A DNA stretch of 8,229 bases from Naegleria gruberi (taxonomy: Eukaryota). Numbering within the stretch: the stretch's first letter is position 1; every line of letters begins with the position of its first letter. Both the position numbers and the translations under genes were made by a program. Positions 1 to 7,458 of this stretch are shown piece by piece. Where the stretch lies: the NCBI GenBank assembly GCA_000004985.1, contig GG739078.1. One strand, 5' to 3'. The notes below the pieces were generated by a model. It was not told the origin of the DNA and ran no database searches. It was given only the letters and a program-made list of their open reading frames with translations.

Positions 1-22
1 TTTCATTACTTAAATCATTTAG

Positions 23-313
23 TTCACACTAAATAGAGAAAATAATGAAAAGACCATATTTATTATTTTATGGGGTGGTATTGAATTAGTTGATAAGAAT
101 AACGGAGAAAAAAGTGAATTTGATTTTTGTTGGTTTAGTATTACAAAAGACAGTATGGACTTGTATCTTGGGGAAGCAAAAAGTGGAAGTGAAAATTCAA
201 CAAAGGACCTTCAGGATAAATTTAAGAAATTGGATATTGGTGTTACAGCCAATACTATTGTTTTCCAAAGTCAACCTTATTCATTTGCAAGATTTACAGA
301 TAGAGATGAATAA
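23..313 (+). CDS. Candidate 3'-terminal coding exon of an upstream gene (no start codon in window)
   Basis: Frame 2 is open from the stop at 20-22 to TAA at 311-313, but it has no upstream ATG, so the track omits it. It translates ...ILWGGIELVDKNNGEKSEFDFCWFSITKDSMDLYLGEAKSGSENSTKDLQDKFKKLDIGVTANTIVFQSQPYSFARFTDRDE*. Composition is balanced and globular-like, with about 30% G at first codon positions. This is more protein-like than the overlapping tracked ORF 90..398, which is hydrophobic and I/L/K-rich. AATAAA motifs follow at 417-422 and 447-452. Confidence 0.25.
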   Translation, partial: FTLNRENNEKTIFIILWGGIELVDKNNGEKSEFDFCWFSITKDSMDLYLGEAKSGSENSTKDLQDKFKKLDIGVTANTIVFQSQPYSFARFTDRDE

Positions 314-416
314 ATTTTTCCATTGTTTTCAGCAAAACTCAATATATATTCTTCCATTGCCACTCAAATCGATTTCACTTGAATTATACAAATATTAATC
401 AACACCATGCAGTTAC

Positions 417-452
417 AAATAAAGATTACATTTCCTTTTCATGAACAATAAA
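417..452 (+). promoter_or_regulatory. Two AATAAA polyadenylation-signal motifs downstream of the candidate terminal exon
   Basis: AATAAA occurs at 417-422 and at 447-452, about 105-140 nt after the TAA at 311-313. Such hexamers are common by chance in AT-rich DNA, so this is weak support. Confidence 0.2.
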
Positions 453-714
453 GAATAACTAGAATCAAATTGATTATTTCCTTCAATTGAAATTCTTCGA
501 AAATAAGTGGAAGACGTATGATCTATTGTGCTATTTGACTCAAAAAACAAATTATTTGATAATAATAACACCAGCAATGAAACTAATGTTTCCCAACCAA
601 TGGGAAATTAAATCAAGAGGATTAAATCAAATTATTGAACAAAGTGTACTAGTGCTTCCTTCCCTCCATTAGAAAATCGTCAACTAAAGTTATTATTCAA
701 CTCAAATAAAAAAA

Positions 715-1235
715 ATGTCTTCACCAACCTTTACTTTGATTGATGAGAATCCACAAAAAACCATTGATGAAGTTCTCATTGAACAACAAAGCCACAGTGA
801 AAGATTATTGGACAAACCAATGGAAAAGGGATTTTCCTTTAAATTTGATTATGTTGCAACCATCGGAAAAACTGGACATGAAGGAAATGGACACGATGAA
901 TTTAATAGACCAGACGATGTGATCATTACAAGAGATAGATATTTAATTGTTGCAGATAAAGAAAATGAAAGATTGCAAGTTTTTATTGAAGATTATTCAT
1001 TAATTTGGAAATATTTCACAACCATCAAAACTCCTCAAGTGAAACCATACTGTTTAGAATTGAAAGAAAGTGAAAATGGAGAAGAAACTTTATGGGTCTT
1101 GGGTGATCATTCAAATCAACAAGTGTTGAAATTTTCAAACATTTCACAATTCATTTCTGATATTAACAATGGAAAGGAAACTAAACCAGAACAAGTTGAT
1201 AAAAAAACTAGCGGATCATTTGTTAATTTCCAATT
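715..1235 (+). CDS. NHL repeat-containing protein; N-terminus complete, 3' end lost in assembly gap
   Basis: The frame is open from ATG 715 (context aaaaaaaATGtct) to the gap. The translation contains a canonical NHL repeat, GHEGNGHDEFNRPDDVIITRDRYLIVADKENERLQVF; compare the Pfam NHL pattern sPrGvavd..G.iyVaD..N.rvqvF. A second, degenerate repeat follows: PYCLELKESENGEETLWVLGDHSNQQVLKF. The first ATG follows an in-frame stop. Family assignment is from memory of the NHL consensus, not from a search. Confidence 0.6.
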
Positions 1236-4200
1236 NNNNNNNNNNNNNNNNNNNNNNNNNNNNNNNNNNNNNNNNNNNNNNNNNNNNNNNNNNNNNNNNN
1301 NNNNNNNNNNNNNNNNNNNNNNNNNNNNNNNNNNNNNNNNNNNNNNNNNNNNNNNNNNNNNNNNNNNNNNNNNNNNNNNNNNNNNNNNNNNNNNNNNNNN
1401 NNNNNNNNNNNNNNNNNNNNNNNNNNNNNNNNNNNNNNNNNNNNNNNNNNNNNNNNNNNNNNNNNNNNNNNNNNNNNNNNNNNNNNNNNNNNNNNNNNNN
1501 NNNNNNNNNNNNNNNNNNNNNNNNNNNNNNNNNNNNNNNNNNNNNNNNNNNNNNNNNNNNNNNNNNNNNNNNNNNNNNNNNNNNNNNNNNNNNNNNNNNN
1601 NNNNNNNNNNNNNNNNNNNNNNNNNNNNNNNNNNNNNNNNNNNNNNNNNNNNNNNNNNNNNNNNNNNNNNNNNNNNNNNNNNNNNNNNNNNNNNNNNNNN
1701 NNNNNNNNNNNNNNNNNNNNNNNNNNNNNNNNNNNNNNNNNNNNNNNNNNNNNNNNNNNNNNNNNNNNNNNNNNNNNNNNNNNNNNNNNNNNNNNNNNNN
1801 NNNNNNNNNNNNNNNNNNNNNNNNNNNNNNNNNNNNNNNNNNNNNNNNNNNNNNNNNNNNNNNNNNNNNNNNNNNNNNNNNNNNNNNNNNNNNNNNNNNN
1901 NNNNNNNNNNNNNNNNNNNNNNNNNNNNNNNNNNNNNNNNNNNNNNNNNNNNNNNNNNNNNNNNNNNNNNNNNNNNNNNNNNNNNNNNNNNNNNNNNNNN
2001 NNNNNNNNNNNNNNNNNNNNNNNNNNNNNNNNNNNNNNNNNNNNNNNNNNNNNNNNNNNNNNNNNNNNNNNNNNNNNNNNNNNNNNNNNNNNNNNNNNNN
2101 NNNNNNNNNNNNNNNNNNNNNNNNNNNNNNNNNNNNNNNNNNNNNNNNNNNNNNNNNNNNNNNNNNNNNNNNNNNNNNNNNNNNNNNNNNNNNNNNNNNN
2201 NNNNNNNNNNNNNNNNNNNNNNNNNNNNNNNNNNNNNNNNNNNNNNNNNNNNNNNNNNNNNNNNNNNNNNNNNNNNNNNNNNNNNNNNNNNNNNNNNNNN
2301 NNNNNNNNNNNNNNNNNNNNNNNNNNNNNNNNNNNNNNNNNNNNNNNNNNNNNNNNNNNNNNNNNNNNNNNNNNNNNNNNNNNNNNNNNNNNNNNNNNNN
2401 NNNNNNNNNNNNNNNNNNNNNNNNNNNNNNNNNNNNNNNNNNNNNNNNNNNNNNNNNNNNNNNNNNNNNNNNNNNNNNNNNNNNNNNNNNNNNNNNNNNN
2501 NNNNNNNNNNNNNNNNNNNNNNNNNNNNNNNNNNNNNNNNNNNNNNNNNNNNNNNNNNNNNNNNNNNNNNNNNNNNNNNNNNNNNNNNNNNNNNNNNNNN
2601 NNNNNNNNNNNNNNNNNNNNNNNNNNNNNNNNNNNNNNNNNNNNNNNNNNNNNNNNNNNNNNNNNNNNNNNNNNNNNNNNNNNNNNNNNNNNNNNNNNNN
2701 NNNNNNNNNNNNNNNNNNNNNNNNNNNNNNNNNNNNNNNNNNNNNNNNNNNNNNNNNNNNNNNNNNNNNNNNNNNNNNNNNNNNNNNNNNNNNNNNNNNN
2801 NNNNNNNNNNNNNNNNNNNNNNNNNNNNNNNNNNNNNNNNNNNNNNNNNNNNNNNNNNNNNNNNNNNNNNNNNNNNNNNNNNNNNNNNNNNNNNNNNNNN
2901 NNNNNNNNNNNNNNNNNNNNNNNNNNNNNNNNNNNNNNNNNNNNNNNNNNNNNNNNNNNNNNNNNNNNNNNNNNNNNNNNNNNNNNNNNNNNNNNNNNNN
3001 NNNNNNNNNNNNNNNNNNNNNNNNNNNNNNNNNNNNNNNNNNNNNNNNNNNNNNNNNNNNNNNNNNNNNNNNNNNNNNNNNNNNNNNNNNNNNNNNNNNN
3101 NNNNNNNNNNNNNNNNNNNNNNNNNNNNNNNNNNNNNNNNNNNNNNNNNNNNNNNNNNNNNNNNNNNNNNNNNNNNNNNNNNNNNNNNNNNNNNNNNNNN
3201 NNNNNNNNNNNNNNNNNNNNNNNNNNNNNNNNNNNNNNNNNNNNNNNNNNNNNNNNNNNNNNNNNNNNNNNNNNNNNNNNNNNNNNNNNNNNNNNNNNNN
3301 NNNNNNNNNNNNNNNNNNNNNNNNNNNNNNNNNNNNNNNNNNNNNNNNNNNNNNNNNNNNNNNNNNNNNNNNNNNNNNNNNNNNNNNNNNNNNNNNNNNN
3401 NNNNNNNNNNNNNNNNNNNNNNNNNNNNNNNNNNNNNNNNNNNNNNNNNNNNNNNNNNNNNNNNNNNNNNNNNNNNNNNNNNNNNNNNNNNNNNNNNNNN
3501 NNNNNNNNNNNNNNNNNNNNNNNNNNNNNNNNNNNNNNNNNNNNNNNNNNNNNNNNNNNNNNNNNNNNNNNNNNNNNNNNNNNNNNNNNNNNNNNNNNNN
3601 NNNNNNNNNNNNNNNNNNNNNNNNNNNNNNNNNNNNNNNNNNNNNNNNNNNNNNNNNNNNNNNNNNNNNNNNNNNNNNNNNNNNNNNNNNNNNNNNNNNN
3701 NNNNNNNNNNNNNNNNNNNNNNNNNNNNNNNNNNNNNNNNNNNNNNNNNNNNNNNNNNNNNNNNNNNNNNNNNNNNNNNNNNNNNNNNNNNNNNNNNNNN
3801 NNNNNNNNNNNNNNNNNNNNNNNNNNNNNNNNNNNNNNNNNNNNNNNNNNNNNNNNNNNNNNNNNNNNNNNNNNNNNNNNNNNNNNNNNNNNNNNNNNNN
3901 NNNNNNNNNNNNNNNNNNNNNNNNNNNNNNNNNNNNNNNNNNNNNNNNNNNNNNNNNNNNNNNNNNNNNNNNNNNNNNNNNNNNNNNNNNNNNNNNNNNN
4001 NNNNNNNNNNNNNNNNNNNNNNNNNNNNNNNNNNNNNNNNNNNNNNNNNNNNNNNNNNNNNNNNNNNNNNNNNNNNNNNNNNNNNNNNNNNNNNNNNNNN
4101 NNNNNNNNNNNNNNNNNNNNNNNNNNNNNNNNNNNNNNNNNNNNNNNNNNNNNNNNNNNNNNNNNNNNNNNNNNNNNNNNNNNNNNNNNNNNNNNNNNNN

Positions 4201-6337
4201 NNNNNNNNNNNNNNNNNNNNNNNNNNNNNNNNNNNNNNNNNNNNNNNNNNNNNNNNNNNNNNNNNNNNNNNNNNNNNNNNNNNNNNNNNNNNNNNNNNNN
4301 NNNNNNNNNNNNNNNNNNNNNNNNNNNNNNNNNNNNNNNNNNNNNNNNNNNNNNNNNNNNNNNNNNNNNNNNNNNNNNNNNNNNNNNNNNNNNNNNNNNN
4401 NNNNNNNNNNNNNNNNNNNNNNNNNNNNNNNNNNNNNNNNNNNNNNNNNNNNNNNNNNNNNNNNNNNNNNNNNNNNNNNNNNNNNNNNNNNNNNNNNNNN
4501 NNNNNNNNNNNNNNNNNNNNNNNNNNNNNNNNNNNNNNNNNNNNNNNNNNNNNNNNNNNNNNNNNNNNNNNNNNNNNNNNNNNNNNNNNNNNNNNNNNNN
4601 NNNNNNNNNNNNNNNNNNNNNNNNNNNNNNNNNNNNNNNNNNNNNNNNNNNNNNNNNNNNNNNNNNNNNNNNNNNNNNNNNNNNNNNNNNNNNNNNNNNN
4701 NNNNNNNNNNNNNNNNNNNNNNNNNNNNNNNNNNNNNNNNNNNNNNNNNNNNNNNNNNNNNNNNNNNNNNNNNNNNNNNNNNNNNNNNNNNNNNNNNNNN
4801 NNNNNNNNNNNNNNNNNNNNNNNNNNNNNNNNNNNNNNNNNNNNNNNNNNNNNNNNNNNNNNNNNNNNNNNNNNNNNNNNNNNNNNNNNNNNNNNNNNNN
4901 NNNNNNNNNNNNNNNNNNNNNNNNNNNNNNNNNNNNNNNNNNNNNNNNNNNNNNNNNNNNNNNNNNNNNNNNNNNNNNNNNNNNNNNNNNNNNNNNNNNN
5001 NNNNNNNNNNNNNNNNNNNNNNNNNNNNNNNNNNNNNNNNNNNNNNNNNNNNNNNNNNNNNNNNNNNNNNNNNNNNNNNNNNNNNNNNNNNNNNNNNNNN
5101 NNNNNNNNNNNNNNNNNNNNNNNNNNNNNNNNNNNNNNNNNNNNNNNNNNNNNNNNNNNNNNNNNNNNNNNNNNNNNNNNNNNNNNNNNNNNNNNNNNNN
5201 NNNNNNNNNNNNNNNNNNNNNNNNNNNNNNNNNNNNNNNNNNNNNNNNNNNNNNNNNNNNNNNNNNNNNNNNNNNNNNNNNNNNNNNNNNNNNNNNNNNN
5301 NNNNNNNNNNNNNNNNNNNNNNNNNNNNNNNNNNNNNNNNNNNNNNNNNNNNNNNNNNNNNNNNNNNNNNNNNNNNNNNNNNNNNNNNNNNNNNNNNNNN
5401 NNNNNNNNNNNNNNNNNNNNNNNNNNNNNNNNNNNNNNNNNNNNNNNNNNNNNNNNNNNNNNNNNNNNNNNNNNNNNNNNNNNNNNNNNNNNNNNNNNNN
5501 NNNNNNNNNNNNNNNNNNNNNNNNNNNNNNNNNNNNNNNNNNNNNNNNNNNNNNNNNNNNNNNNNNNNNNNNNNNNNNNNNNNNNNNNNNNNNNNNNNNN
5601 NNNNNNNNNNNNNNNNNNNNNNNNNNNNNNNNNNNNNNNNNNNNNNNNNNNNNNNNNNNNNNNNNNNNNNNNNNNNNNNNNNNNNNNNNNNNNNNNNNNN
5701 NNNNNNNNNNNNNNNNNNNNNNNNNNNNNNNNNNNNNNNNNNNNNNNNNNNNNNNNNNNNNNNNNNNNNNNNNNNNNNNNNNNNNNNNNNNNNNNNNNNN
5801 NNNNNNNNNNNNNNNNNNNNNNNNNNNNNNNNNNNNNNNNNNNNNNNNNNNNNNNNNNNNNNNNNNNNNNNNNNNNNNNNNNNNNNNNNNNNNNNNNNNN
5901 NNNNNNNNNNNNNNNNNNNNNNNNNNNNNNNNNNNNNNNNNNNNNNNNNNNNNNNNNNNNNNNNNNNNNNNNNNNNNNNNNNNNNNNNNNNNNNNNNNNN
6001 NNNNNNNNNNNNNNNNNNNNNNNNNNNNNNNNNNNNNNNNNNNNNNNNNNNNNNNNNNNNNNNNNNNNNNNNNNNNNNNNNNNNNNNNNNNNNNNNNNNN
6101 NNNNNNNNNNNNNNNNNNNNNNNNNNNNNNNNNNNNNNNNNNNNNNNNNNNNNNNNNNNNNNNNNNNNNNNNNNNNNNNNNNNNNNNNNNNNNNNNNNNN
6201 NNNNNNNNNNNNNNNNNNNNNNNNNNNNNNNNNNNNNNNNNNNNNNNNNNNNNNNNNNNNNNNNNNNNNNNNNNNNNNNNNNNNNNNNNNNNNNNNNNNN
6301 NNNNNNNNNNNNNNNNNNNNNNNNNNNNNNNNNNNNN
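1236..6337. other. Assembly gap (5102 consecutive N)
   Basis: An uninterrupted run of n spans 1236 to 6337. Its non-round length suggests an estimated-size scaffold gap. Every ORF-track entry crossing it (715..6345, 1169..6385, 1216..6459 minus) is mostly X and is artefactual there. Confidence 0.99.
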
Positions 6338-6459
6338 ATAAATAGAAAGGAATGCGTCAAATGGATCTTGTTCAATTTTACTTGAGTTTTTTGTTCGTTC
6401 ACAAATTTTCTTCCAATATCCAACTGGTAGTATGATTCGAACGAATCATTTGGCGCCAT
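6338..6459 (-). CDS. Candidate first coding exon of an unknown gene, divergent from the MCM9-like gene; runs into the gap
   Basis: The minus-strand frame opens at ATG (plus 6457-6459, context aaaATGgcg) and reads MAPNDSFESYYQLDIGRKFVNEQKTQVKLNKIHLTHSFLF before the N-run. It has no recognisable domain, only 40 real codons, and only modest first-position G bias. A CCAAT box and a TATA-like run lie at appropriate upstream distances. Confidence 0.25.
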
Positions 6460-6575
6460 TTTTATTCATCAATGTTTACACTGTAAATTCCAAGCCTAGA
6501 GTTTTGAAGAAGGCTTTCTTGATAAAAATAGCGAACTTTTACAACCAATGAGTCCCTCACTGTTAAAGTTGCGTT

Positions 6576-6588
6576 TTAAGGTGGCACT
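6576..6588. repeat. Left copy of an exact 13-nt inverted repeat (ttaaggtggcact)
   Basis: 6576-6588 reads ttaaggtggcact, the exact reverse complement of 7421-7433 (agtgccaccttaa). It lies 117-129 nt upstream of the minus-strand ATG. It is GC-containing, which is unusual in this AT-rich spacer. Confidence 0.6.
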
Positions 6589-6670
6589 GTAGCTGACAAT
6601 AAAAGGAAATTCGGTAAAAATTTTTGGTTAATTATTTTTTACAATTCTTGCTGAATGACGAAGTAATTTA

Positions 6671-7042
6671 TTAAAGTTTGAGAGGTTCTCCTACACTCTC
6701 CTACAAATTTGGAGACTTGGTTAGAAGACAGCATCTTCTCTTATATGTGAATAGTTTATCCCTACTTTACTTTGCTTTACTTTTCACTCTCTTTAGAATA
6801 AATAATGAAATCCCAACATGATCCGATTGTTCTTCATCATCGTAACGGTAAAAAAATTAAAGTTTTAACCTTCTCCTACACTCCAGTAACAAAATTAAAC
6901 ATTGCAAAAAACAAGATATGGTCTAGATGTGTTGTTATGTTTGTACCAACTTTACTTTGCCTTCTTATTGTGTTTCCGTATTGAAAATAAGCAACTAAAA
7001 GTACTATCAAAACCAATTAATTTTATTTTCGGATGTTTCTAC
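6671..7042. repeat. Diverged tandem duplication, two units of ~185-186 bp
   Basis: ttaaagttt sits at 6671-6679 and 6857-6865. The exact 13-mer ttctcctacactc sits at 6686-6698 and 6871-6883. The exact 12-mer actttactttgc sits at 6764-6775 and 6949-6960. Both anchor pairs are offset by exactly 185 bp, and the anchors are 78 nt apart in each unit. Sequence between the anchors is only about 50% identical. The ctcctaca octamer occurs three times (6688, 6698, 6873). A TACTT/TGCTT pentamer-like run follows anchor 2 in unit 1. Confidence 0.4.
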
Positions 7043-7420
7043 AAATTTTAAATGAAATTGCATCACGAAGATAGGATTCAACTGTTTCTGTAGCAAAAGA
7101 GAATATTCTAAGAACAATACTGAATGTGTATGTAGATCACTGGTGGAAATTATGACAAGTGCTATGGAGAAAAAACAAGATGCTAGTTGTAAAATTGACG
7201 AAAGAAGTGCATAGTTTCAGAAACACAATCAACAGAAATTAATTTCCGAAAAAGAAAGAAGAAGAAAATAGATCATGGTGTTTCATGTTCCTGTACTGCA
7301 AAAGTTGTCCTTGTAAATCAGCTCGTGTGTTGTGTGGCAATGATTGTCACAAAGGACAAACAAGATGTAAACTGTTACGACTTGTTATTTTTTTTAAAAT
7401 TTTGGTGAACAATGAACAAT

Positions 7421-7433
7421 AGTGCCACCTTAA
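7421..7433. repeat. Right copy of the exact 13-nt inverted repeat (agtgccaccttaa), 26-38 nt upstream of the MCM9-like ATG
   Basis: Exact reverse complement of 6576-6588. If the core is GGTGGCACT...AGTGCCACC (9 bp), both ends are flanked by TTAA (ttaa|ggtggcact ... agtgccacc|ttaa). Confidence 0.6.
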
Positions 7434-7458
7434 TTTTCCAATTTTTAAAAGAAAAAAA

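Larger units (their letters stand above)
6460..7458. promoter_or_regulatory. Intergenic region between divergent start codons (6459 minus, 7459 plus); putative bidirectional promoter
   Basis: There are exactly 999 bp between the two ATGs. A CCAAT box lies at 6545-6549 (ATTGG on the minus strand, ~90 nt upstream of the minus ATG). A TATA-like ataaaaata lies at 6522-6530. The 13-nt motif agtgccaccttaa sits sense-oriented upstream of both genes (see repeats). Confidence 0.3.

Noticed and set aside
90-398. Tracked 102-aa ORF in frame 0
   Set aside because: The translation is I/L/K/F-rich with low complexity and lacks coding-like codon structure. The overlapping frame-2 open region (23-313) looks more protein-like. 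I kept the frame-2 candidate at low confidence.
487-672. Tracked 61-aa ORF
   Set aside because: It is short, hydrophobic and low-complexity (LIIITPAMKLMF...). It lies in the AT-rich spacer between the candidate terminal exon and the NHL gene start, and nothing else supports it.
740-922. Tracked 60-aa ORF in an alternative frame inside the NHL CDS
   Set aside because: It is fully nested out-of-frame in a CDS with a clear domain match. I treat it as a chance ORF.
6434-6447. Small inverted repeat gattcg-aa-cgaatc
   Set aside because: It has 6-bp arms only and lies inside the candidate minus-strand coding exon (codons S-F-E-S). This is chance-level.
715-6459. Three giant ORFs (1876 aa, 1738 aa, 1747 aa on the minus strand) in the six-frame track
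   Set aside because: They consist almost entirely of X from translating the 5102-nt N-run, and no stop codon can occur in N. Only their short real ends (715-1235 plus; 6338-6459 minus) were evaluated. The 6338-6385 plus-strand tail (INRKECVKWILFNFT) is random-looking.
6581-6606. tRNA-like A-box resemblance (ggtggcactgtagctgac)
   Set aside because: There is no B-box (GGTTCGANTCC-like) at the proper distance downstream, and no cloverleaf can be drawn. The segment is better explained as part of the inverted repeat.
7141-7203. 20-codon mini-ORF (MTSAMEKKQDASCKIDERSA*) upstream of the MCM9-like gene, possible uORF
   Set aside because: Without a mapped transcription start there is no basis to call a uORF. 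A short ATG...stop run is expected by chance.
7270-7410. Cysteine-rich translation (..YCKSCPCKSARVLCGNDCHKGQTRCK..) upstream of the MCM9-like start; possible CXC-type domain fragment
   Set aside because: It has no start codon; the frame opens after a TAA and reaches the cysteines only through a poly-Lys/Glu stretch. It coincides with a GT-rich low-complexity run (gtgtgttgtgtgg) that generates TGT codons. The Cys spacing does not fit the tesmin/TSO1 CXC consensus. It may be 5'UTR, and a tttcag acceptor-like motif lies nearby at ~7213.
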